Below are positions 19,319-28,439 of a stretch of DNA of 64,000 nt, piece after piece. The notes under the pieces were generated by a model, which saw only the letters and a list, made by a program, of their open reading frames with translations, searched no databases and had not been told where the DNA came from. How positions within the stretch are numbered: position 1 is the first letter of the stretch; every line of letters starts with the position of its first letter. The DNA is taken from assembly GCA_963765815.1 (NCBI GenBank), contig CAVXXT010000008.1:628091-692090 (forward strand). Reading direction: 5' to 3'. This DNA comes from an uncultured Actinomycetota bacterium. GTDB taxonomy: Bacteria > Actinomycetota > Actinomycetes > BP-191. The translations under genes were made by a program, and so were the position numbers.

Positions 19319-20284
19319 ATGGGCCGGCTCTCGTCGCCGCGGGCGCGCCGCACGGTGCGACTCGTGGCAGTGCTCGTCTTCCTCGTGTTCCTCGGCCTCG
19401 CCGTCGCCAACCAGTGGGACGACATCACCGACGCCGCACACGCGCTGTCGCCGTGGACGGTCGTGCTGTCGCTGCTGCCGGCGCTGCTCGCGATCTTCTG
19501 CTCGATGCTGTCCTGGCGCGCCGTGCTCGCCGACCTCGGCTCGCCGCTGCCGGTGCGAGTCGCCCTGCGGATCTTCTTCCTCGGACAGCTCGGCAAGTAC
19601 GTCCCCGGCACGGTGTGGCCGCTCGTGGTGCAGATGGAGCTCGGCCGTGACCACAAAGTGCCGCGGTCGCGAACCGCGGCGACCGGCGTGGTGGCGGTGG
19701 CGCTCGGGCTGACGGCTGCCCTGGTCGTCGTCGCGGTCACCCTGCCGTTCATCGGCGACGGCGGGCGGTACGTCGGTGCGCTCGCGGTGCTGCCCTTCGC
19801 TGTCGTGGGTCTCCATCCGCGGATCCTCACCCCGGTCATGAACTTCGGGCTGCGGCTGATCCGCCGGCAGCCGCTCGACCGGCCCCTGACCGTGCTGGGC
19901 GTGCTGCGCGGCGTGGGCTGGGCCGGGTGCTGCTGGATGCTGATCGGCGTTCAGGTGTGGGTGATCGCGCGCGATCTCGGCGCCGACGAGTCCGGCTTTC
20001 GCCTCTACGCGATCTGCCTCGGCTCCTACGCCCTCGGCTGGGCCGCCGGCTTCCTGGTGTTCATCGCGCCGGCCGGCGCCGGTGCGCGTGAGGCGGCGCT
20101 CGTCGTACTGCTGGGCTCGATCCTCCCGACGGGCGCGGCGACGCTGCTCGCCCTGATGTGCCGGCTGGTGCTCACGCTCACCGACGTCGTCTGGGCCGCG
20201 GTCGCCGCCGTCGGCAGCCGCGGCACGATGGCCGCGCTGAAGGCCGAGCGCCTCCACGCCGCGAGCGCCGCAGCCGAGGAGTGA
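19319..20284 (+). CDS. Lysylphosphatidylglycerol-synthase-TM / UPF0104 flippase-like membrane protein
   Basis: GQLGKYVPGTVW and PAGAGAREAAL motifs; about 8 TM segments. Confidence 0.85.
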   Translation: MGRLSSPRARRTVRLVAVLVFLVFLGLAVANQWDDITDAAHALSPWTVVLSLLPALLAIFCSMLSWRAVLADLGSPLPVRVALRIFFLGQLGKYVPGTVWPLVVQMELGRDHKVPRSRTAATGVVAVALGLTAALVVVAVTLPFIGDGGRYVGALAVLPFAVVGLHPRILTPVMNFGLRLIRRQPLDRPLTVLGVLRGVGWAGCCWMLIGVQVWVIARDLGADESGFRLYAICLGSYALGWAAGFLVFIAPAGAGAREAALVVLLGSILPTGAATLLALMCRLVLTLTDVVWAAVAAVGSRGTMAALKAERLHAASAAAEE

Positions 20285-20360
20285 TCCACAGAACTCGTCA
20301 CGTCCCGACCGACGGGAGCCAACGCTGCCCACGATGACACGGTGGCTATCGGGAGGCACC

Positions 20361-20918
20361 ATGGACGTCGTGACCACCTTGCCGTGGGGCCGGCCGCTGA
20401 CCGAGGACGACCTGGCGCTGATGCCGGATGACGGGCATCGCTACGAGCTCCTCGACGGGACGCTCATCGTGACCCCGGCTCCCGGGACGTCCCACCAGGT
20501 GTGCGTCGGCGAGCTCTGGCGCCTGCTGCGCGACGCGGCGCCGCGCGAAGTCCTCGCGCTCATGGCGCCGTTCGACGTGAAGCCGTTCGCCGGGACGGTG
20601 CTGCAGCCGGACGTCCTCGTGGCGCGACGCGTGGACTTCACTGCGCAGGACATCCGCGCGCCGCTGCTGCTCGCCGTCGAGGTGCGCTCGCCGAGCACCG
20701 CGTCGATCGACCTCGGCGCGAAGATGCTGGCGTACGCCCGGGCCGGCATCCCGTCGTACTGGGTCGTCGACCCGGACGCGCCGTCCATCCGCGTGTTCGC
20801 GCTTCGCGACGGCAGCTACGTGGAGGTTGCGGCGGCCATCGGCGATGAGAGCATCGCTCTCACCTCGCCGTACCCGGTTGAGGTCACTCCGGCCCGACTG
20901 CTGGACACGCTTCGCTGA
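20361..20918 (+). CDS. Uma2 (DUF820) family endonuclease
   Basis: PDDGHRYELLDG, LQPDVLV, AVEVRSPST, YARAGIPSYWVVDP motifs; GGAGG RBS. Confidence 0.92.
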   Translation: MDVVTTLPWGRPLTEDDLALMPDDGHRYELLDGTLIVTPAPGTSHQVCVGELWRLLRDAAPREVLALMAPFDVKPFAGTVLQPDVLVARRVDFTAQDIRAPLLLAVEVRSPSTASIDLGAKMLAYARAGIPSYWVVDPDAPSIRVFALRDGSYVEVAAAIGDESIALTSPYPVEVTPARLLDTLR

Positions 20919-20924
20919 CCCGGC

Positions 20925-21446
20925 CTACTCGCCGGTCGCGCCGTCGATGAGCTCGCGGAGCAGGTCGGCGTGGCCGTTGTGCCGGGCGTACTCCTCGATC
21001 ATGTGCACGTAGATCTACCGCAGGTTCGGGGTGGTCTCGCCCGCCGCGACCGCACTCGGCTCGTCGAGACCTCGGCCCGCCACCGTGTCGCGGGATGCCT
21101 GGCACTCCGCGAGGTACGCCGCGAAGTCGGACTCGGGATCGGCCCCGTCGACGTCGTCGAAGGCTGCATCGAAGGACCGGAACAGCGGGTCCAGGTCCTG
21201 ACCGTCGAAGCACAGGCGGAACCACCACCGCTCCACCCGCGTCATGTGCCGCACCAGCCCGTGCAGCGTGAGCGTCGACGAGGGCACCGCGCGGACCCGC
21301 AGCGCGGCCGCGTCGAGGCCGGCGCACTTGTGCAGCAGAGTCGCGCGGTGGAAGTCGAGGAACCCGTCCAGCGCCTCCCGCTCGGCTGGCTGCTCCGGAG
21401 CCGGCACAGCTTCCGGGCGGTCGACGGCAGGCGCGATCCAGGTCAT
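20925..21446 (-). pseudogene. DinB/DUF664 family gene with one in-frame TAG
   Basis: LHGLVRHMTRVERWWF...[29 protein letters not shown]; TAG at 21015-21017 occupies the conserved Trp (TGG) position of LRW. Confidence 0.85.
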
Positions 21447-21580
21447 GACCGCATCATGCTCGCTCGCCCGAACCGCCCGGATGTCGTTGGAACTGTCCAC
21501 GGGGCAAGTCAAGATGGGACGACCACCCGTCGACCCAGTCTGCGGTGCCCTTACCCCTGACACCCGGGAGCTGCTCACTC

Positions 21581-24475
21581 ATGCGTCGTGCCGTGTCCGT
21601 CCTCGTCGCGCTGGCGCTGGCCGTGCCGACGACGGCCGCCGTCATCGCCGGCGCACCCGCCGCGCACGCCGAGGTCACGGTCAACGAGGTCGCCGTACGG
21701 CCGGCTGACGGGGTGTTCAAGCTCGAGGGCCACGGCTGGGGGCACGGCCGCGGGCTCAACCAGTGGGGCGCGCAGGGCGCCGCCCGCAGCGGCGTGCTCT
21801 ACACCGACATCGTCGAGACCTACTACCCGGGCACGACGATGGTGACGGTCCCGGACGCGCCGATCCGCGCGCTGCTCGAGTACGACGACGAGGCCGACGT
21901 CCAGGTGCGCAGCGTCGCGGGCCTCGCCGCCCGCGACCTGGCGACGGGCGCCGTCTACCCGCTGCCCAGCACGCCGACCCGGTGGCGCATCACGGTCGAC
22001 GCGGCAGGCCTGCACCTCGATCACCAGACTGCGGGCTCCTGGACCCGCTGGACCGCGACCGACACCAAGACCGCGTGGGCCGGGCCGTTGCAGTTCGAGG
22101 GCGTCAGCCCGATCCGCGTGCACTTCAACGACGGCACCGCGCGCGACTACCGCGGCACGGTCCGTGGCGTCCGCACATCGTCGACCGCGCTGCAGACCGT
22201 CAACGCGCTGAGCCTCGAGGACTACCTACGCGGCGTCGTGCCGCGCGAGTCGCCCGCGTCGTTCCACGCCGAGGCGCTCAAGGCGCAGTCGGTGGCCGCG
22301 CGGTCCTACTCGGCGTACAAGCGCGCGCACGTCGCCTCGACCGCGCAGGCCGACATCTGCTCGACGACGCAGTGCCAGGTGTACGGCGGGATGCGGCTGG
22401 TCGCCGCCAACGGCACCGTCACCGAGCTCGAGGCGGCCAGCACCAACGCGGCGATCGACGCGACGCGCGGGCAGGTCCGCGCCGTCGACGGCGAGCCGAT
22501 CTTCGCCGAGTTCTCGTCCTCTAACGGCGGGTTCAGCACCGCGCACGCGGTGTTCCCGTACCTGTCCGCCAAGGCAGATCCCTGGGACGCGCTCGCGTCG
22601 CCGCACCACTACTGGACCGCGACGGTCACCGCCGCCGAGATCGAGGCGAAGTACCCGTCGGTCGGCCGGCTGGCCCGGATCCGCGTCACCAGCCGCGACG
22701 GCAACGGCGAGTGGGGCGGCCGGGTGAAGCGGGTCGTCCTCGAGGGCACCAGCAGCTCCGGCGCCGCGACGACGGTCGAGTCGACCGGCGGCGGCATCTA
22801 CAGCGCCAACCCCTGGGCCGGCGGCTCGGACACCGGCATCCGCGGGTCGTGGTGGCGGTTCCGGTCGACGACGTACGACGCGGGCATCATCAGCCAGGAC
22901 GCGGTGCCGACGCTGATCCGGCCGCCGGGCGTCGCGACGAAGACCGTCACCGTCGTCATGGAGAACCGCGGCGGCCTCGACTGGCCGGTCGCCGACCTGC
23001 ACCTCGCGCTGGCCCTGCCCCCGGGTGGCGCCGACCCGCTCGTGGGTGGCTCGACCCGGCCGGGTGTCTTCGCCCGCAACGTCACCAACCCGGGCGCGCC
23101 GATCGTCGCGCCGGGGGAGCGGGCGGAGTTCACCCTCGCGTTCGACGCCTCGACCTCAGCGGTCGGGACGGTGCAGCCGGCGTACCGGCTGCGCATCGGG
23201 TCCGGCGCGCTCTTCGGGCCGAACGTCCTCTTCACCGTCGTCGTGGCCGACCCGGTGCTCACCGCGCTGCGCACCGCGATCGGCGGTACGCCGGCCGCCG
23301 GTGACGCCCCGCCCGCGGTGTCGCCCAACGGCACCGTCATCGTCCCGCGCGGCGGCGCGGTCGCCCTCACCGTGAAGGTGAAGAACACCGGCAACGTGGC
23401 CTGGCCGGTCGGCGGCCCGGTGAAGCTCGGCGCATCCGGCCCGCGCGGGCGGACCAGCCCGTCGGCCGGTGCCGAGTGGACGCACCCGTCCCGGGCCGCC
23501 GTGCTCTCCGGCGCCGAAGGCGTCGACAACGCGCGCACGGTCGAGCCGGGCCAGGTCGGCCTCTTCTCGTTCACCGTGCACGGCAACGACTTGCCCGCTG
23601 GCTACACCACCCGCGAGGTGTTCGAGCCGCTCTGGGAGGGCGTGCGCTGGATCGGCGGCAGCCCGGTGATCGTGTACGTCGTCCGCGTCGACCCCGCGGT
23701 GCCGCGGCTGACCGAGGCGGCCACTCCGATGCCGCGCGAGGTCGCGCTCGGCAACCACCCCGGGTCGACGGCGACGATCGCGGTGCAGATGCGCAACATC
23801 GGCGGCGAGGCGTGGCCGGTGGGGGGCGAGGCGCTCGTCACGTCGCCGGCCGGTCGCACCAGCCCCCTTCGCGCGCCGAGCTGGCCGGCCGCCGACCGTC
23901 CCGCTGTGCTGGGACGCAACGTCACCCGCCCCGGTGTCTCCGCGGTGCACCCAGGCGAGGTCGGCGAGTGGCTCGTCACGCTCTCCGGTGCGAAGCAGTC
24001 GCCGGCGACGCACGTCGAGACGTTCCAGCTGGCCAACGGGGAGACGCGCTACGGGCCGGTGCTGACGACGAACGCCGTCGTCCGCAGGTCGGTATTCACC
24101 GGACAGGTCATCCGGGTCGTCTCCTCCGCGCTCGTCGTCCCCGCCGCCGGCAGCGGGACGGCGTACGTCGACATCAAGAACACCGGCAACTTCGACTGGC
24201 CGGTGGGCGGGTCCACTCGACTCGGTGTCCCGTCCGGCACGACGTCCGGGTCGCGCGACGCGTCATGGCTCTCGTCGTCGCGTCCGACGCCGATCACGTC
24301 GAACCTCACCCGCGCCGGGGCCACCGAGGTGCGTCCGGGCGAGACTGCGCGGTTCGTCTTCCGGCTGGCCGGCAACAACCGCGCGCCCGCGCGCTACACC
24401 GAGTCGTTCGGCGCGCTGTGGGAGGGCTGGCGCTGGCTCGGGATCACGGCGACCGTCTCCTACACCGTTCGATGA
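21581..24475 (+). CDS. Secreted SpoIID/LytB-domain protein with four C-terminal Ig-like modules
   Basis: Signal peptide ending AHA; GHGWGHGRGLNQWGA, YLRGVVPRESP, LKAQSVAARSY, CSTTQCQVY motifs; four (K/R/E)NxGxxxWPV repeats. Confidence 0.88.
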   Translation: MRRAVSVLVALALAVPTTAAVIAGAPAAHAEVTVNEVAVRPADGVFKLEGHGWGHGRGLNQWGAQGAARSGVLYTDIVETYYPGTTMVTVPDAPIRALLEYDDEADVQVRSVAGLAARDLATGAVYPLPSTPTRWRITVDAAGLHLDHQTAGSWTRWTATDTKTAWAGPLQFEGVSPIRVHFNDGTARDYRGTVRGVRTSSTALQTVNALSLEDYLRGVVPRESPASFHAEALKAQSVAARSYSAYKRAHVASTAQADICSTTQCQVYGGMRLVAANGTVTELEAASTNAAIDATRGQVRAVDGEPIFAEFSSSNGGFSTAHAVFPYLSAKADPWDALASPHHYWTATVTAAEIEAKYPSVGRLARIRVTSRDGNGEWGGRVKRVVLEGTSSSGAATTVESTGGGIYSANPWAGGSDTGIRGSWWRFRSTTYDAGIISQDAVPTLIRPPGVATKTVTVVMENRGGLDWPVADLHLALALPPGGADPLVGGSTRPGVFARNVTNPGAPIVAPGERAEFTLAFDASTSAVGTVQPAYRLRIGSGALFGPNVLFTVVVADPVLTALRTAIGGTPAAGDAPPAVSPNGTVIVPRGGAVALTVKVKNTGNVAWPVGGPVKLGASGPRGRTSPSAGAEWTHPSRAAVLSGAEGVDNARTVEPGQVGLFSFTVHGNDLPAGYTTREVFEPLWEGVRWIGGSPVIVYVVRVDPAVPRLTEAATPMPREVALGNHPGSTATIAVQMRNIGGEAWPVGGEALVTSPAGRTSPLRAPSWPAADRPAVLGRNVTRPGVSAVHPGEVGEWLVTLSGAKQSPATHVETFQLANGETRYGPVLTTNAVVRRSVFTGQVIRVVSSALVVPAAGSGTAYVDIKNTGNFDWPVGGSTRLGVPSGTTSGSRDASWLSSSRPTPITSNLTRAGATEVRPGETARFVFRLAGNNRAPARYTESFGALWEGWRWLGITATVSYTVR

Positions 24476-24485
24476 CGGTCGGCCG

Positions 24486-25598
24486 GTGAGGGTCGGGCTG
24501 GTCGTCGAGCAGCTGCTCTCGCCGTCGCCCGGCGGCACCGCCCGCTACACCCGCGAGATCGCCCGCGCCGTGGCCGCCGAGCTGATCGCCGCCGGCTCAC
24601 CGCGTCCGGTGTCCGCGTGCGCCTGGCACCGCGACGTGCTGCCCGCCGAGATCCCCGGCGTCGCCGGTCCCTACCGACTGCGGCTCGGTCGCCGCGCGCT
24701 GGCTGCGGCGTGGGAGCGCGGGCTCGGGCCGGCACCGCGCGGACCCCTCGACGTCGTGCACGCGCCGACGCTGCTCGTCCCGCCGAAGCGCGGCCGCGGG
24801 CTCGTCGTCACCATCCACGACGCGATCCCGTGGACGCACCCGGGGACGCTCACGCCGCGTGGTGTCGCCTTCCACCGGCGGATGGCGGCACGGGCGGTGC
24901 GCGACGCCGACGTCGTCATCACGGTGAGCGAGGCGTCAGCCGCCGAGCTCGAGCCCGTCCTGCACCTGGGGGACAGGCTGCGAGTGATCCCGCTCGGCGT
25001 GAGTGCCGACCTCGCCGTGCCCGCCGACGCGGCCGATCGGGTACGACGGCTCGGGCTGCCGGAGAGCGGCTGGCTGGTGAGCGTCGCGACCCTGGAGCCG
25101 CGCAAGGGCCTCGACGTCGCGCTCGCCGCTCTCGCCCACCCGGACGCGCCCGACCTCCCGCTCGCCGTCGCGGGCTCACCCGGGTGGGGCGGCGTCGATC
25201 TCGCCGCCGAGGCTCATCGGCTCGGTCTCGCGCCGGGTCGGGTGATTGCTCTCGGCTCGCTCGGCGACGCCAACCTGGCGGCGGTCCTCGGCGGCGCAGT
25301 CGCGCTCGTCGCGCCGGCCCGCGCCGAGGGCTTCGGCCTGCCCACGCTGGAGGCGATGGCCCTCGGCGTACCTGTGGTCGCATCAGACGCCGCAGCATTG
25401 GTCGAGCTCACGGCGGGCGCCGCGCTCCACACCCCCGTCGGCGACGCACCGGCTCTCGCCGCCGCCCTGTCACACGTCGCGAGTGACCCCGCCCTGCGAG
25501 CGGAGCTGTCCGCCGCCGGTCGTCGCAGAGCAGCCGACTTCAGCTGGACCCGCGCCGGCTCGGCAACGATCGCGGCCTACGCCGACGCGCTGAGCTGA
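24486..25598 (+). CDS. Glycosyltransferase family 4
   Basis: GGTARYT, VTIHDAIPW, ATLEPRKG, EGFGLPTLEAMALG motifs. Confidence 0.92.
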   Translation: MRVGLVVEQLLSPSPGGTARYTREIARAVAAELIAAGSPRPVSACAWHRDVLPAEIPGVAGPYRLRLGRRALAAAWERGLGPAPRGPLDVVHAPTLLVPPKRGRGLVVTIHDAIPWTHPGTLTPRGVAFHRRMAARAVRDADVVITVSEASAAELEPVLHLGDRLRVIPLGVSADLAVPADAADRVRRLGLPESGWLVSVATLEPRKGLDVALAALAHPDAPDLPLAVAGSPGWGGVDLAAEAHRLGLAPGRVIALGSLGDANLAAVLGGAVALVAPARAEGFGLPTLEAMALGVPVVASDAAALVELTAGAALHTPVGDAPALAAALSHVASDPALRAELSAAGRRRAADFSWTRAGSATIAAYADALS

Positions 25599-25676
25599 CG
25601 CCTCTGCCGGAAGTTCAGGCACACAGCACTACGAGGTTCGGCGACCCTGTGTCTCGCTCGACGTCCGACTCACCAT

Positions 25677-25728
25677 GATCATGAGCATCGCCAAGCGCTA
25701 GAGGGGCGGTAGGGCGCTCATGATCTTG
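25677..25728. repeat. Inverted repeat C: GATCATGAGC-N29-GCTCATGATC(TTG)
   Basis: Perfect 10-bp stem with a 29-nt spacer, 45 nt past the HNH stop; the arm CAAGATCATGAG recurs at 49747 and 49819. Confidence 0.8.
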
Positions 25729-25773
25729 ATCAGCGCCCTCCGGTGGGGATTCGCTTGCGATGGACGAGGCTGG

Positions 25774-27003
25774 TCAGGGCTGTGCCGCGGCCCGTCGTTG
25801 GAGCCGAGGCGTCGGGCCTCTCGGTCGGCTGACCAGGACTCGGCCGTCGGGGAGGGTGGTCTCGGCGGTGCCGTCGGGGAGCAGCTTGATCGAGTGTCCG
25901 CGGTTGTGGATGCAGTGGTGATGCCATCGGCACAGGAGCAGTCCGTTGCCGGCGCAGGTCTCGCCGCCGTTCTCCCAGTACTGGCAGTGGTGGACCTCGC
26001 AGGCGCGGGCGGGCATCGGGCAGTCGCCCCAGCGACAGCCGCCGTCGCGCAGGGCGATGAACTTGCGCAGGGATGGCGGCCAGTCACGGCGGGAGCGGCC
26101 GTAGGAGAGCGGGACGTCGAGCGCGTCGAGGAGCAGCCGGCGCCAGCGGGCGTCGCAGGCGATCCGGTCGAACGTGCCCTGGGTGAGCGGGGTGCCGTCG
26201 TCGAGGGTGGCCGGCGCGACGTCGTCGCCGTCGCCGGTGAGGTTGTCCTCGGTGGCGTGGACGACGATCTCGGGTCGGTGACCGGCGGTGGTGGGCAGGT
26301 CGCCGAAGCCGAGGATCTCGTCGGCGAGTGAGACGAGAGCGTCGGCCCATCGCTGGTCGCGGGTGCGCTCGTCGTCGGGTCCGGCCTTCTGGGCGCGGGC
26401 CTGCAGGATGGCGTGCAGTCGGGCGCCGCCTTCGGGGTCGAGGGTGAGCTGGCCGTGCCAGATGTCGTCGAGCGTCTCGGCGAGGGAGAACGAGCGGCCG
26501 GCGACCTTGCGCTCCTCGTCGCGTTCGAAGTCCGGCGTGCTGACCTGGGCGAGCCAGTAGCGGACCAGTCGTGCGAAGACGCGGGGCTCGAACTGGCGGG
26601 CGTGCTCGAGCAGCGTGGGCTCGCCGTCGGCGGCGAGCTCGGAGCTGACCTTGCCGGCGGCGGTGGCGAAGATCTTCAGGTGCGCCGCGGTGATCTCGCC
26701 GGCCGACAGCGCGACGGCGAACAGCGGCACCTTGACGAGGTCGCGGCCGAGCGCGACCTCCGCGCGGGCCGCACCGAGGCCGGTGTTGCCGGTCTTCGCG
26801 GCGAGCCAGGCCGACGCGGTGCCGAGGCCGTCGGCGACCGAGGCGTCGCGCGCGTCGAAGACCCGCAGTCGATCTGCTCGGGCAGCACTGAGCCGTCGCA
26901 TGGCGGTGTCGATCTCGAGGATCTGCTCGCCGAGCGACGAGTCGTCGAGCTCGGTCGGGTCGGCGGCGGCGTAGGTGTCGACGACCGCGGCGAGCGCTCC
27001 CAT
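25774..27003 (-). CDS. DUF222 + HNH endonuclease (13E12-repeat family)
   Basis: RTRDQRWADAL, RIACDA, RDGGCRWGDC...CEVHHCQYWENGGET...LLLCRWHHHCIH motifs; GGGAGG RBS 5 nt before ATG 27003. Confidence 0.93.
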   Translation of the reverse strand: MGALAAVVDTYAAADPTELDDSSLGEQILEIDTAMRRLSAARADRLRVFDARDASVADGLGTASAWLAAKTGNTGLGAARAEVALGRDLVKVPLFAVALSAGEITAAHLKIFATAAGKVSSELAADGEPTLLEHARQFEPRVFARLVRYWLAQVSTPDFERDEERKVAGRSFSLAETLDDIWHGQLTLDPEGGARLHAILQARAQKAGPDDERTRDQRWADALVSLADEILGFGDLPTTAGHRPEIVVHATEDNLTGDGDDVAPATLDDGTPLTQGTFDRIACDARWRRLLLDALDVPLSYGRSRRDWPPSLRKFIALRDGGCRWGDCPMPARACEVHHCQYWENGGETCAGNGLLLCRWHHHCIHNRGHSIKLLPDGTAETTLPDGRVLVSRPRGPTPRLQRRAAAQP

Positions 27004-27026
27004 CGACACCTCCCGGACTGCGTGAC

Positions 27027-27042
27027 TCGAACGTATGTTCGA
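27027..27042 (-). promoter_or_regulatory. LexA (SOS) box
   Basis: TCGAACGTATGTTCGA is an exact match to the actinobacterial TCGAAC-N4-GTTCGA; -10 TACATT at 27048-27053 on the minus strand puts the box over the predicted TSS. Confidence 0.9.
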
Positions 27043-27126
27043 CCTCTAATGTAGCCCGGTCCACCGACAGAAAACGCTGGGGCGCAACATCTGGGGACAG
27101 ATTTCTTGCTCGACGTCGGCGGTCGT

Positions 27127-27181
27127 GATCGTCCCGCTGCCGCCCCCAGGAAAGGCGCCTGGGGGCGGCCGCAGCAAGATC
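27127..27181. repeat. GATC-bounded hairpin upstream of the HNH gene
   Basis: GCCGCCCCCAGG (27139-27150) / CCTGGGGGCGGC (27158-27169) perfect 12-bp stem, with outer GCTGC/GCAGC and GATC/GATC pairing. Confidence 0.65.
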
Positions 27182-27306
27182 GCGACTGAGGGGGAGCGAG
27201 AGGGGTGTGATGTGAATGCGCAGCGTCCACAGATGCGGGTGCGTACCGGCGTAGGGTTGGTCACTCAGGGTGTCCGGGCAGGCGAGGGCGAAGGAGCTGG
27301 CGAGAA

Positions 27307-28439
27307 GTGGCGCCGCGCGTGCTCGTCGACGCGACTGCGGTCCCCGCCGACCGTGGTGGTGTCGGACGTTACGTCGATGGCCTCATCGCCGCTCTCGATG
27401 CCGCTGACGCCGACCTTGCCGTCGCCTGCCAGCGCTCCGACGCCGAGCGCTACGGCCGGGTCGCACCGTCGGCGCGCATCGTCGCCGGGCCCGCCGCGAT
27501 CAGCCACCGCCCGGCCCGTCTCGCCTGGGAGCAGACCGGCCTGCCGATGGTCGCCCAGCAGGTGCAGGCCGACGTCGTGCACTCCCCGCACTACACGCTG
27601 CCGCTGCGCGCCGGACGACCGGTCGTCGTGACGCTGCACGACGCGACGTTCTTCACCGAGCCGGACATGCACACGGCGGTGAAGGGCACGTTCTTCCGCT
27701 CGGCAACGCGTACGGCGATCCGCCGCGCGGCGCGCTGCCTCGTGCCGTCCAAGGCGACCCGCGACGAGCTGGTCCGGATCGTCGACGCGGACGCGACCAA
27801 GCTCGACGTCGCCTACCACGGGGTCGACACCAGCGTGTTCCGGCCGCCGACGCCGGCCGAGGCGAAGCGGGTGCGGGCGCGACTCGGTCTCGGCGACGGC
27901 GCGGCGTACGTCGGATTCCTCGGCACCATCGAGCCGCGCAAGAACGTGCCCAACCTGATCCGCGGCTGGGTGTCGGCGTTCCAGGCCGACGCCGAGCCGC
28001 CGGCGCTGGTGCTGGTGGGCGGCGCGGGCTGGGACGACGACGTCGACGCCGCGGTCGCGCGACGTGCCGTCGACGCTGCGCCTGCTGCGTCCCGGCTACC
28101 TGCCGCTCGGCGACCTGCCCGGCTTCCTCGCCGAGGCGAGCGTGGTCGCCTACCCGAGCCACGGCGAGGGCTTCGGCCTGCCGGTGCTCGAGGCGATGGC
28201 CTGCGGCGCCGCGGTGCTGACCACGCGAGCGGCTCTCGCTGCCCGAGGTCGGCGGCGACGCGGTCGCCTACACCGAGCGAGACACCGCGTCGATCGCGGC
28301 GAGCCTGCGCGCGCTCGTCGACGACCAGCCACGGCGCGCGACGTTGAGCGCGGCCGGCGTCGCCCGCGCGCAGGAGTTCACCTGGGCGGCCAGCGCCGAG
28401 GCGCACCTCGCGTGCTACGCGCGCGCAGTCTCGGAGTGA
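27307..28439 (+). CDS. Glycosyltransferase family 4 with two frameshifts (about 28060 and 28228), probably sequence errors
   Basis: RVLVDATAVPADRGGVGRY, GTIEPRKN in frame 1; EGFGLPVLEAMACG in frame 2; SLPEVGGDA...FTWAASAEAH in frame 3. Confidence 0.85.

Noticed and set aside
20361-21446. Uma2 + DinB as a toxin-antitoxin or defence pair
   Set aside because: Convergent orientation, both families are common singletons in actinomycetes, and there is no shared regulatory signal
25774-27003. HNH gene as IscB/HEARO, a group II intron ORF or an IS transposase
   Set aside because: No RuvC, RT or DDE motifs and no terminal inverted repeats; the sequence fits DUF222-HNH
27220-27280. Fragments resembling repeat A (GTCCACAG, CTCAGGGTGTCC), with similar pieces at 21489-21560
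   Set aside because: Wrong order and spacing; no continuous alignment
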